A stretch of 64,000 nt of DNA from the NCBI GenBank assembly GCA_963736005.1, contig CAVTNB010000001.1, positions 352,001 to 416,000 of the forward strand, read 5' to 3'. The position numbers and the translations under genes are program-made. Under the pieces are notes generated by a model, which did not search any database, was not told the origin of the DNA, and was given only the letters and a program-made list of their open reading frames with translations. This DNA comes from an uncultured Pseudomonadota bacterium. GTDB taxonomy: Bacteria > Vulcanimicrobiota > Vulcanimicrobiia > Eremiobacterales > Eremiobacteraceae. This document shows positions 10,560 through 19,916 of this stretch, piece after piece; the first letter of the stretch is position 1; each line of letters begins with the position of its first letter.

Positions 10560-12073
10560 GCGGCGAGTCAGCGCCGCTGCTTCGTTGCCACGGAGTGAGC
10601 AAACGCTTCGGCTCGCTGGTCGCTAACGATCGAATCGATTTTGACGTGCGTGCGGGCGAAGTGCACGCGATCGTCGGTGAAAACGGCGCCGGCAAGAGCA
10701 CGTTTATGAATCTGCTCTACGGTGTGTTGCAGCCGGATGCGGGCACCATCGAAGTTCGGGGCACTCGCGTTCGTTTTACTAACTGCGCCGATGCCATGCG
10801 AGCCGGGATTGGGATGGTGTTTCAACACTACCTGCTCGTCGAACGATTTACGGTTGCGGAAAATGTTCTGCTGGGGCGGGAACGAACTGCGCGAGGCTTT
10901 CTCGATCGGAACACCGCCAGCGATGTTGTGCGCGAGGTCGCTGCGAGGTATCGCTTCCTCATCGACCCGGATGCACGCGTGGAGTCGCTGGGCGTGGGGG
11001 CACGACAGCAAGTCGAGCTGCTGAAAGTTTTGGAACGCGATCCGCAGATCGTCATCTTGGACGAGCCGACCGCATCGCTGTCGCCGCTCGAGATCGATGG
11101 ACTCTTCGAGGTTGTTCGCCGCATGCGTTCGCAAGGCCGCGCGGTCATCTTCATCACCCATAAACTCAAAGAGGTTATGGCGATCAGCGATCGGGTGACC
11201 GTCTTGCGCCAAGGCAAAGTTGTGGGCAAGCTCGATCGGGCCGATGCGAGCGAAGCCATTCTTGGCTCCCTCATGGTGGGTAGGGACGTGCCACCCCAAG
11301 TGACGCCCGTCGGACCCGAACCATCGAGCCAGCCCGTGCTCCTCGTACGCGATATCGTCGTGCAAACCGACGCGGGGACACCAGCAGTGAGCGAAATTTC
11401 ACTTGAGGTCAAATCGGGCGAGGTTGTCGGTATTGCCGGCGTCGAGGGAAATGGCCAGGTGGAGTTCGCCGAAGCGCTCTACGGTATGCGAGCATGTGTG
11501 TCGGGCTCGATTGTGTTGGATGGCGCCGATGTGACGCATGCCAGCTCCGTTGCGCGGCGCCATGCCGGGTTGCGCTACATTTCGCCGGATCGGCAGCGCG
11601 AGGGGTTGGTGCTTGATTTCGACGCGCCCGAGAACATGCTCGTGGGCAACGAGCGCCTCATGCGGCACGGCATGGTCGTTGATCTCGCCGCCGCGCGCGC
11701 GCAAGCCGACGCGATCGCTCGGAGTTTCCGAATTCCCGGCTACACGCCGCCGGCACCGATGCGCAGCTACTCAGGTGGCACGCAACAAAAATTTTTGGTC
11801 GGCCGCGAACTTGAGGGAGGAGCGCGCGCCGTGATTGCCTTTGCGCCGACTCGGGGTGTCGATATCGGCGCCGCAGAAAGTATTTACGAACATTTCAAGC
11901 GACTGCAAGCGGGTGGTGCCTGCATCCTCTTAGTTTCGTATGACCTTGATGAGATCCGTTCGCTCGCCAATCGCATCGTCGTGTTTAGCAAGGGATGCAT
12001 TGTCGGAGAGTTGAGGACATTCCAGGCGGACGATGCGACGCTCGGGCGTTTGATGGGCGGATCTGCGGCGTGA
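10556..12073 (+). CDS. Nucleoside/sugar ABC transporter ATP-binding protein (two NBDs)
   Basis: GENGAGKST, ILDEPT and GIAGVEGNGQ motifs; degenerate second NBD. Confidence 0.93.
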   Translation: MSGESAPLLRCHGVSKRFGSLVANDRIDFDVRAGEVHAIVGENGAGKSTFMNLLYGVLQPDAGTIEVRGTRVRFTNCADAMRAGIGMVFQHYLLVERFTVAENVLLGRERTARGFLDRNTASDVVREVAARYRFLIDPDARVESLGVGARQQVELLKVLERDPQIVILDEPTASLSPLEIDGLFEVVRRMRSQGRAVIFITHKLKEVMAISDRVTVLRQGKVVGKLDRADASEAILGSLMVGRDVPPQVTPVGPEPSSQPVLLVRDIVVQTDAGTPAVSEISLEVKSGEVVGIAGVEGNGQVEFAEALYGMRACVSGSIVLDGADVTHASSVARRHAGLRYISPDRQREGLVLDFDAPENMLVGNERLMRHGMVVDLAAARAQADAIARSFRIPGYTPPAPMRSYSGGTQQKFLVGRELEGGARAVIAFAPTRGVDIGAAESIYEHFKRLQAGGACILLVSYDLDEIRSLANRIVVFSKGCIVGELRTFQADDATLGRLMGGSAA

Positions 12074-13137
12074 CCGTGCTGCGGCGGCTCGCACCGTTCA
12101 TGCCGCTGCTTGCAGTTATTGCTCTCAGTTTCTTCATCGTCATCGCCGCCAAGGGCAACCCGATTGATGCCTACTCGGCGCTCTTCCAAGGCGCGTTCGG
12201 GTCGCTTCAGGGCATAGCTGAGACGCTGACCCAAACGACGGTGTTGTTGTTTGCGGCTCTTGGCGTTGCCATCGCTTTTCGCGCCGGCTTGTTTAATATT
12301 GGGGCGGAGGGTCAGCTGATCGTGGGCGCGTTGTGCACGGCCGTCGCCGGTGCCTCGCTCCATATACCCAAGATGTTGGAAGTGCCCGCATGCTTCGCTG
12401 CCGGCGCCGTTGGAGGCGCGTTTTGGGGCTTGATTGCCGGCTGGCTCAAGGCTCGATTTGGCGCTAGCGAAGTCATCACCACGATCATGCTCAACTACAT
12501 TGCCTATCTCGGCGCTAATTTTCTTGTTGCCGGACCCTTGCGCGGCTCGGCCTCGGCTCCGGAGACTGCCCAAGTATGGTCGACGGCAATGCTTTCGCCC
12601 ATCATCCCTCTCACACGCTTGACGGCAGCTTTCCCGTTTGCTATTTTGACGGCGATCGTGCTGTGGTGGTGGTTGCACCGCACGGTTGGAGGATTCGAGG
12701 TTCGCACGCTCGGGCGCTCGGAGCGTGCCGCGCGCTATGCGGGCATCCCCGTTCAATCGGTCATTATGCGGACCATGGCGCTCAGCGGAGCGCTCGCTGG
12801 ACTCGGCGGGGCGTCAGATGTCCTAGGGCTTGTGCATCGCTTCAACGCGGAGCTGTCTCCGGGATATGGCTTCACCGCCATCGCTGCAGCGCTGCTCGCG
12901 CAATCGAATCCGATCGCCGCGATCTTCACCTCCTTCTTCTTTGGCGCACTTCAAAATGGTGCGCTGTCAATGCAAGCACTAGCCGGCGTGCCAAAGGATC
13001 TGGTCTCCGTTATCACAGGTCTTGTGATCATGTTCGTTGCGGTGAACTGGTTTGGCAAGCGAGTGACCTTGCACGGCGCCCCAAGCGCAGACAGTGACGA
13101 TCTCCGTGACGAACCCGCACCGGAACCAGCGACATGA
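12070..13137 (+). CDS. Nucleoside ABC transporter permease
   Basis: FRAGLFNIGAEGQ and EVITTIMLNY motifs; GTGA overlap with the upstream stop. Confidence 0.92.
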   Translation: MTVLRRLAPFMPLLAVIALSFFIVIAAKGNPIDAYSALFQGAFGSLQGIAETLTQTTVLLFAALGVAIAFRAGLFNIGAEGQLIVGALCTAVAGASLHIPKMLEVPACFAAGAVGGAFWGLIAGWLKARFGASEVITTIMLNYIAYLGANFLVAGPLRGSASAPETAQVWSTAMLSPIIPLTRLTAAFPFAILTAIVLWWWLHRTVGGFEVRTLGRSERAARYAGIPVQSVIMRTMALSGALAGLGGASDVLGLVHRFNAELSPGYGFTAIAAALLAQSNPIAAIFTSFFFGALQNGALSMQALAGVPKDLVSVITGLVIMFVAVNWFGKRVTLHGAPSADSDDLRDEPAPEPAT

Positions 13138-14051
13138 ACGGACTGCTTGGCCTTGTCGCTGCGGTGCTGGCCATCGCCTTGATCAAAGCAACGCCCCTCG
13201 TCTATGCAGCCCTTGGTGGGGTGATTTCTGAAAGTGCCGGCATCATTAACATTGCGCTCGAGGGAATGATGGCGGCGGGAGCCTTTAGCGCAGTCCTCGG
13301 ATCATTTTATTTTCACAACCTGGCCTTAGCCGTGTTGGTAGCGATGCTGACGGGCGCCGCGCTCGGCTTGCTGTTGGCGTACCTGGCCGTCACCCAGCGC
13401 GCGGACCAGATCGTCGTCGGGATGGCGATCAACGTGCTCGCAATTGGTGGTGCCGCCTTTCTCCTCGCCGTGGTCTTTGGCCAGCCGGGGGCATCACCGG
13501 AGGTCAAAAGCTTCAGTTCGCTCGGTCGCGTTGCTAGCGAAGGCCTGATGGATTTGTTCGTCAGTCCGGGCCGCTACATGCTCTTTTGGGTTGCCATTGC
13601 ACTTGTCGCGATCGTTCATATCTATTTGTATCGGACTCGCAGTGGGTTGCATCTCCGAGCGGTTGGTGAATCGCCCCATGCCGCACTCACGGCCGGCATC
13701 AATGTGGTCGGCTATCGCTACGCCGCAGCGATTGTCGGCGGCGCCCTGGCGGCACTCGGCGGGGCGTATCTCTCGATCGGGGAAGTCGATCTCTATTCTG
13801 ACGGAATGGTTGCTGGCCGGGGTTTCATCGCGCTCGCGGCGGTGATCTTTGGACGCTGGACGCCGCTCGGAGCGGCCGGCGCGTGTCTGTTCTTCGGCTT
13901 CTTTAGCAGCTTGCAGATCGCGCTGCAACGAGCGCAAGTGCCAGCGCAGCTCCTAGAAATGCTGCCCTACGTCTTAACGATCATTGCGATTGCCGGATTG
14001 ATTGGGAGGTCACGGCCGCCTGCAGCAGACGGCGTGCCGTTTACGCCTTGA
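13134..14051 (+). CDS. Nucleoside ABC transporter permease
   Basis: NIALEGMM, RAVGESP, GRGFIALAAVIFGRW and LPYVLT motifs. Confidence 0.92.
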   Translation: MNGLLGLVAAVLAIALIKATPLVYAALGGVISESAGIINIALEGMMAAGAFSAVLGSFYFHNLALAVLVAMLTGAALGLLLAYLAVTQRADQIVVGMAINVLAIGGAAFLLAVVFGQPGASPEVKSFSSLGRVASEGLMDLFVSPGRYMLFWVAIALVAIVHIYLYRTRSGLHLRAVGESPHAALTAGINVVGYRYAAAIVGGALAALGGAYLSIGEVDLYSDGMVAGRGFIALAAVIFGRWTPLGAAGACLFFGFFSSLQIALQRAQVPAQLLEMLPYVLTIIAIAGLIGRSRPPAADGVPFTP

Positions 14052-14052
14052 T

Positions 14053-14077
14053 GTAGTCGTGCGAATTTATTCGGACG
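14053..14077 (+). repeat. REP-like palindrome, family A, copy 3
   Basis: GTAGTCGTGCGAATTTATTCGGACG; three mismatches to copy 2, including one compensatory C-G to T-A pair. Confidence 0.65.
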
Positions 14078-14092
14078 TGTACAACCCTTCCC

Positions 14093-14959
14093 TTACAAGC
14101 CCGCGGGATGCCACACGGTCTTGATTTCGACGAAAGATTGGATCCAATCCAAACCCTGAGCATCGCGCCCGTACCAGAATTCTGTGGGCGGCTCAGGGTG
14201 GCGGCGTACCCGCTTGAGGTTATCGCACGCGAGCTCGGCTGTTTTGGCATCAAGATCTTCGTCAGAGATCCACAGGTCAATGGCGTTCACATCCATATGC
14301 GCTGCAAGCGTCGGGGCAATCTCCGCGCGATAGCCGGTGAGCACATTTATGACACCGGCTGGGACGTCTGCGTTGGCGATCGCTTCTGCAAGACTCACCG
14401 CGCTTAAGGGATCTTTTTCCGACGCAACCAGCACGACGGTGTTGCCAGAGCAGATGATGGGGACGCAGGTCGAAATCAAGGGCAGCAGAGAGGGTGCGTG
14501 CGGGGACACGACTGCGACCACGCCTGTTGCTTCGGGACTCGAAACGTTAAAGTGGGGAGTGCTCACTGGGTTTTTTGTGGAGAGCACTTGCTCAATTTTG
14601 TCACACCAGCCCGCATACCACACGATGCGATCGATCGCCGCGCTGACCTCTCTGTCCGCTTGTGTGGGCGTCGCAATACCGCTGCCAAGAGCTTGCGCGA
14701 ACTGATCGCGCCGCGACTCCATGATTTCCGCAAGTCGATAGACGATTTGTCCCCGGTTGTACGCCGACCGATCGCGCCAAGCAGGCCAGGCGGTGCGTGC
14801 TGCCCGGACGGCGTCGCGAGCATCCTTTCGCGTCGCTCGGGCTGCGTGAACAATGCGCCCGTCGAGTTCGCAGGCAAACGTGCGCCCAGATTCAGAGCGG
14901 GTAAACGCGCCGCCAATGAACAGCTTGGGCGTCTTGCGAACGGCTACGCGTTGCGCCAA
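14093..14959 (-). CDS. Short aldehyde-dehydrogenase-family protein (Rossmann-like domain only, no catalytic domain)
   Basis: KLFIGGAFTRSESGR, YAGWCDK, GNTVV, PAGVINVLTG and terminal EIKTVWHP; no ELGGK or catalytic Cys segment. Confidence 0.85.
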   Translation of the reverse strand: MAQRVAVRKTPKLFIGGAFTRSESGRTFACELDGRIVHAARATRKDARDAVRAARTAWPAWRDRSAYNRGQIVYRLAEIMESRRDQFAQALGSGIATPTQADREVSAAIDRIVWYAGWCDKIEQVLSTKNPVSTPHFNVSSPEATGVVAVVSPHAPSLLPLISTCVPIICSGNTVVLVASEKDPLSAVSLAEAIANADVPAGVINVLTGYRAEIAPTLAAHMDVNAIDLWISDEDLDAKTAELACDNLKRVRRHPEPPTEFWYGRDAQGLDWIQSFVEIKTVWHPAGL

Positions 14960-16485
14960 GGAATCCTCACATACGGCAGCAATCCGAAAAGGCCACCCTC
15001 ACGCCCAAAGCCGCTCTCTTTATAGCCACCAAAGGCCGACGATGGGTCGAATTTGTTAAACGTGTTGCCCCAGACGACGCCGGCACGAAGTTGGGAGGCG
15101 ATTTTGAAGTTCTTGCTTCCTTTATCTGTCCACACACCCGCCGACAATCCATAGCGGGTGTTGTTGGCCTTTTCCACTGCCTCATCGGGGGTGCGGAAGG
15201 TCATGACGGAGAGCACGGGACCGAAAATCTCCTCTTGGGCAATTCGATCGGAAAGCGCTACATGCGTAAAAAATGTCGGCCTGAACCAATAACCTCGCGC
15301 GGGTAACGCGCACTCGGTCTGATAACGCTTGCGCCCAGCCTCTTCTCCGCTCGCGGCGAGCATCTCGATTTTATCGAGCTGGGCCTTGGAATTGATCGCT
15401 CCAACGTCCGTGTTCTTATCCAGCGGCTGCCCGACGCGCAGCGTTTGAATGCGCCGATAGAGTTTTTCAATCACCATCTCGTGCACCGACTCTTGCACGA
15501 GCAGTCGAGACCCAGCACAACACACGTGCCCTTGGTTGAAGAAAATGCCGTTAATGATGCCCTCGACCGCTTGATCCAAGGGCGCATCATCAAAAATAAT
15601 GTTGGCTGCCTTGCCACCCAGTTCGAGCGTCACCGGCCGGCGCAGGCGAGCGCACTCGCGGGCAATCTCTTTGCCAACCTCTGTCGACCCGGTAAAGGCA
15701 ACCTTGTCGAGCCCCGGATGTCGGACGAGCGAGGCCCCCGTCTCGCCGCCGCCGGTAATGATATTCACCACACCGGGTGGAAGGTCGGCTTGCTGGATGA
15801 TTTCGGCCAGCCACAGAGCGGTCAACGGCGTCGTTTCCGCCGGCTTTAAGACAACGGTGTTACCGCAGGCGAGCGCCGGCGCGATCTTCCAAGCCGCCAT
15901 GAGGAGCGGAAAGTTCCACGGGATGATTTGGCCAGCCACGCCCAATGGCGCGGGAGCTGCATTTCGAAACGCCCAGTCCAGCTTGTCGGCCCAACCTGCA
16001 TAATAAAAGAAATGCGCCGCTGCCAGGGGCACGTCGACGTCTCGTGACTCCCGAATCGGTTTTCCACCGTTCATCGATTCGAGCACCGCAAGTTCGCGAC
16101 TGCGTTCGGTAATCGAACGAGCAATCCGGAACAGATATTTTGCCCGGTCTTGTGGTGAGCAGCGACGCCAGTACTTCTCGTAGGCCGATCGTGCCGCTTG
16201 CACGGCTCTGTCGATGTCCGCGCCGCTTGCCTCGCCAACCTTAGTTAAGATTTCCTCGTTCGCGGGATTGAGGGTAGCGAAATAGCGGCCGCTCTTTGGC
16301 GCCACCCATTTTCCTCCAATAAAGAGGTCGTAGTGCGAAGCCAGCTTGAGGTAATCGTGTGCTTCAGGAGCGTCAACGTATTGCCAGGCCGCTTTGGCGG
16401 GGGCGGTCACCGCTAACCTCGCGCCGCCATTTGGCGAAGCTGGTGCTTTTGGCGATTTTGAAATCGGGCGAGCTCGTGGTGCCAC
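14944..16485 (-). CDS. Aldehyde dehydrogenase
   Basis: PWNFP, KPAE, FTGSTEVG, LELGGK, NQGHVCCAGSR, EEIFGPV and GGYKESG motifs. Confidence 0.96.
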   Translation of the reverse strand: MAPRARPISKSPKAPASPNGGARLAVTAPAKAAWQYVDAPEAHDYLKLASHYDLFIGGKWVAPKSGRYFATLNPANEEILTKVGEASGADIDRAVQAARSAYEKYWRRCSPQDRAKYLFRIARSITERSRELAVLESMNGGKPIRESRDVDVPLAAAHFFYYAGWADKLDWAFRNAAPAPLGVAGQIIPWNFPLLMAAWKIAPALACGNTVVLKPAETTPLTALWLAEIIQQADLPPGVVNIITGGGETGASLVRHPGLDKVAFTGSTEVGKEIARECARLRRPVTLELGGKAANIIFDDAPLDQAVEGIINGIFFNQGHVCCAGSRLLVQESVHEMVIEKLYRRIQTLRVGQPLDKNTDVGAINSKAQLDKIEMLAASGEEAGRKRYQTECALPARGYWFRPTFFTHVALSDRIAQEEIFGPVLSVMTFRTPDEAVEKANNTRYGLSAGVWTDKGSKNFKIASQLRAGVVWGNTFNKFDPSSAFGGYKESGFGREGGLFGLLPYVRIPWRNA

Positions 16486-16491
16486 TAGGTC

Positions 16492-17373
16492 TCAGTCCTT
16501 TGTAAAATAGTCTTCAGATTGGTACGCTCCCGTGCGCTCCTTTGTGAGCTGCATGAGAACGTCGTTTAGGAGCGAGCTTGCCCCAATGCGAAAGAACGCT
16601 GGACTCAGATAGTTGTCGCCGAGTGTCTCTTTGACAACGACGAGATATTGGAGGGCCTGTTTGGCCGTGCGCACACCGCCGGCCACTTTGACGCCGACCA
16701 GCCTTCCGTGCCGCTGCTCGTAGTCGCGCACTGCTTCGAGCATCGCGAGCGTAACCGGAAGGGTGGAAGCTGGTTGCACTTTTCCCGTGGAGGTTTTGAT
16801 AAAGTCTGCTCCCGCTTCCATCGCGAGCCAACTGGCGCGGCGGATATTGTCGTAGGTCACGAGCTCGCCAGTTTCCAGAATCACTTTCAGGATAGCCGGG
16901 CGCGTTGCTTCTCTCACCGCGGCGATCTCATCTGCGACCACTCGGTAGTTGCCCGACAAAAATGCGCCTCGATCGATGACCATGTCGATCTCGTCGGCAC
17001 CGGCCTGCAGCGCCTCGCGAGCGTCCTGCACCTTGACGTCAAGTTCGCTCTGGCCACTGGGGAACGAAGTGGCAACCGATGCCACCCTTACGTTAGTTCC
17101 CGCCAGCGCGCCCTTTGCCGCCGAAACAAGCTTGGGATAGACGCAGACCGCGGCTACAGAGGGCAGGGTGCGGTCATTGGGGTCGGGCACGATTGCTTTA
17201 CGGCAAAGCTGGCGAACGCGCTCTTGCGTGTCCTTGCCCTCAAGCGTGGTGAGGTCCATACATGCGATGGCCAGGTGAAGGCCAAGGACCTTGGATTGCT
17301 TCTTGATGCTGCGCGTGGCAAGCGTGGCCGCTCGCTCTTCCAACCCGACGGCATCGACTGTCATAAAGGCCAC
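16492..17373 (-). CDS. deoC: Deoxyribose-phosphate aldolase
   Basis: DLTTL, AAVCVYP, GADEIDMV, LKVILETGEL, DFIKTSTGK, GVKVAGG and RIGASSLL motifs. Confidence 0.95.
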   Translation of the reverse strand: MAFMTVDAVGLEERAATLATRSIKKQSKVLGLHLAIACMDLTTLEGKDTQERVRQLCRKAIVPDPNDRTLPSVAAVCVYPKLVSAAKGALAGTNVRVASVATSFPSGQSELDVKVQDAREALQAGADEIDMVIDRGAFLSGNYRVVADEIAAVREATRPAILKVILETGELVTYDNIRRASWLAMEAGADFIKTSTGKVQPASTLPVTLAMLEAVRDYEQRHGRLVGVKVAGGVRTAKQALQYLVVVKETLGDNYLSPAFFRIGASSLLNDVLMQLTKERTGAYQSEDYFTKD

Positions 17374-17408
17374 GAGCAGGGCTTCGACTTTGGAGTCTGC
17401 GTACCCGT

Positions 17409-18800
17409 CTAAGGATAGCAGTACGAGTCAGACGATGCATCGCCGCCTTCCAAGCGGACCTGGTGTGCACGCCGATCCGAAAACTCCACGAAGAATTTCT
17501 TGTCGGCCGTTATGCCGCCATCGGCACCAACATCGAGCTTAGCCATCCACCCTTTGATGCCATCGGGGTAAAACTGTTCGTCCCAAGAACGATAGAGCGA
17601 GTTGGTAAAGTAAACCCGCTTGCCATCACGACTGATTTCAACCATCTGTGGTCCACCGTTGAGCGCCTGACCCGGTTTGCCAGGATGCTCTGCGCGGCGC
17701 ACGATCCCACCCAAATGTATCGAACCGGTGAGCTTTGGCTTGAATGGATCGGAAACGTCGTACTGACGCATTTCGCCCGTGCCCCAACATGAAACGTACA
17801 GGAAGCGATCGTCGAGCGAGAGATCAATGTCTGATACCAGCGGCGGTACCGCTTTGAATCCTTTGAGCAGCGGTGGCAACTGGTCAGGGTCGGCCGGCTC
17901 TGCTGGAATATCGATGACCTTTGTAGCCGCCCACTTGTGCTCATCCCAATGCCAGACCCAGATGGAACTCGAGAGGTCCTTCAACGAAATGACAACGTTG
18001 ACGAAGCCATAGGCCTTCGTGGGGTCATGCGATGGGCGTAGTTCGAGTGCGGCTTGGTGCTCTGCACCGAGGTCCACCGTCTGCAAGTGCTTACGTTTGC
18101 GCAAATCCCAGAAGTGGAGCTGGTGACCGTACTGTCCGGCGAGCAGCAGCTCTGCATTGAGACCGTCCTCGATCATCTTGGGCGTGCCCCACTCGCTCGT
18201 CACCAAAATGTCGTGACCGAGATGCCAAAAGAAATCGTAGGCAAGGTACTGCGGCCCGCGATCGACCTCCCAACGCCCCAACACGTTGAAGTTGAAGTGA
18301 TCCAGCAAAAGGATGCCTCCTGGCCCTTCTCCCTGCGCATTGCCAAGCGCGCTGATGTAGATGCCGTCAGGTCCGCAATGCGTGGTATGCAGCCGCGAAT
18401 ACCCGGTGCGCTCGATGACTTCTTTCGGTTCGAGCACCCTGACAATCTTCGGTTTGCGCGGATCCGCTTTCGTGTCGAGAATATAAATGCGTGAGGATCG
18501 CAGACCGGTGACGACTAGATAGCGGCGCTCCACATGAGGATGCGGCGCATATGGACAGAGCGCAGAGCTGCATGCATTCCAGCCGAAGTGATGTAGTTCG
18601 TCGCCCTCGTGGGGCATTTCCACTTCGCCAACAAGTTTGCCATAGGAACCGGACTGCGGATCCGTGTCGACGACTGCCATCGCATCGCGCTTAGCCTTGC
18701 CGTTGACGCTCAGCATCGCGACATAGGCAAGGTTCTCGCGCGGAGCTTGCATCGCAGACTTGGCCGATGGGTAAAACGTTGGATCCGGACGGAGCTGCAT
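17409..18800 (-). CDS. Selenium-binding protein 56 / methanethiol oxidase family beta-propeller
   Basis: DELHHFGWNACSS, HTTHC, YDFFW, TSEWG, GGPQM, TNSLYRSWDEQFYP and GGDASSD motifs; start at MQLRPDPTFYPS. Confidence 0.93.
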   Translation of the reverse strand: MQLRPDPTFYPSAKSAMQAPRENLAYVAMLSVNGKAKRDAMAVVDTDPQSGSYGKLVGEVEMPHEGDELHHFGWNACSSALCPYAPHPHVERRYLVVTGLRSSRIYILDTKADPRKPKIVRVLEPKEVIERTGYSRLHTTHCGPDGIYISALGNAQGEGPGGILLLDHFNFNVLGRWEVDRGPQYLAYDFFWHLGHDILVTSEWGTPKMIEDGLNAELLLAGQYGHQLHFWDLRKRKHLQTVDLGAEHQAALELRPSHDPTKAYGFVNVVISLKDLSSSIWVWHWDEHKWAATKVIDIPAEPADPDQLPPLLKGFKAVPPLVSDIDLSLDDRFLYVSCWGTGEMRQYDVSDPFKPKLTGSIHLGGIVRRAEHPGKPGQALNGGPQMVEISRDGKRVYFTNSLYRSWDEQFYPDGIKGWMAKLDVGADGGITADKKFFVEFSDRRAHQVRLEGGDASSDSYCYP

Positions 18801-18870
18801 GGGTTGTGTCCCCCGTGATCGCGGATGCGAAGAGTTCGTCAAGATAGCGCCTGCGACTCGGGAAATCCTG

Positions 18871-19518
18871 TCACGCAAAGAGCAGGATCGCACCGCTAAT
18901 GACGAGCGCAACTGCCCACACGAGGTCGAAATTCAACCAAGCCTTTCGTAAGATTTGTAGGCCTAGCCGATCGTAAACAATGATGGCGACGACCGTCATG
19001 GTGAGAAGATAGCCAAACGTGTGTACGGCGACGGCGACAAGCCACAGTCCAAAAGGCACTACGCGTGACGCAACGACAGGCATTCCCGGCATGTGCATCT
19101 GCTGCATGCTCTTAGCCCCTACAGGCAGCAGAAAGGGCAGGAGCATCAACCCCGCGCCGTGGCCGGTCGCCATAAGGAACGCCCATGCAACGAGCCCCGA
19201 GAAGCCGACTCGCATGCCAACCCAGCGGAAATGACGGGCACGCAGCCCTCGATAGAGACCAAATCCGATGAGAATCGCGGCTGCTCCATACTTGAGGTAG
19301 ACTTGCGGCAACGTTGCTTGCAGCAAGGCTGCAAATGCAATGATTCCAAGAACCGAGACGACGTGGCCGATGGCGATCGGAGGAAGCGCAGCGAAGACGG
19401 CTCTTCGGCTGCGCTCCTGCAAGCCAAGCGCGACGGCGAAGAGCCACCCCATGCCTGGATTGACGCCATGGTAGCACCCCAAAAGGAAAAGCGCTGACCA
19501 AAACCAGGTGTGCGTCAC
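18871..19518 (-). CDS. Integral membrane protein with intramembrane His motifs, upstream of SBP56
   Basis: About six hydrophobic segments; YHGVNPGMGW, IGH, GHGAG and AVH motifs. Confidence 0.8.
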   Translation of the reverse strand: MTHTWFWSALFLLGCYHGVNPGMGWLFAVALGLQERSRRAVFAALPPIAIGHVVSVLGIIAFAALLQATLPQVYLKYGAAAILIGFGLYRGLRARHFRWVGMRVGFSGLVAWAFLMATGHGAGLMLLPFLLPVGAKSMQQMHMPGMPVVASRVVPFGLWLVAVAVHTFGYLLTMTVVAIIVYDRLGLQILRKAWLNFDLVWAVALVISGAILLFA

Positions 19519-19554
19519 GCTACTGAGCAGCCAGTCCGCATGCTAAGCGCAGTT

Positions 19555-19628
19555 TGGGCGATCGAGGACTCGAACCTCGGACCTCATCCTTATCAGGGAT
19601 GCGCTCTAACCACCTGAGCTAATCGCCC
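19555..19628 (-). tRNA. tRNA-Ile(GAT)
   Basis: GGGCGATTAGCTCAGGTGGTTAGAGCGCATCCCT-GAT-AAGGATGAGGTCCGAGGTTCGAGTCCTCGATCGCCCA folds as a cloverleaf; CCA not encoded. Confidence 0.97.
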
Positions 19629-19781
19629 GGACCGACAACGCCAAGCATATTCTTGCGCGATAAAGGCTGTCGGCCTGCCGGCATGGGCGGGTTGCAACCC
19701 GTAACCTCCGTCATTATCGGCAACGCGCGCTCTCGCACTCAAGGTACGGGCGAAGCCACTCGTGTAAAAAATCGTGCGTTT

Positions 19782-19854
19782 GGGGGATTAGCTCAGTTGG
19801 TAGAGCGCGTGCTTTGCAAGCATGAGGTCAGCGGTTCGAATCCGCTATCCTCCA
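19782..19854 (+). tRNA. tRNA-Ala(TGC)
   Basis: Cloverleaf with anticodon TGC and G3:U70 identity pair; CCA not encoded. Confidence 0.97.
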
Positions 19855-19916
19855 CTTTGGCAGTTGCGCTTTGGAAGAAAGCTTCAACCCCTATTGAGGA
19901 TTGGTCATTAGGCTTG

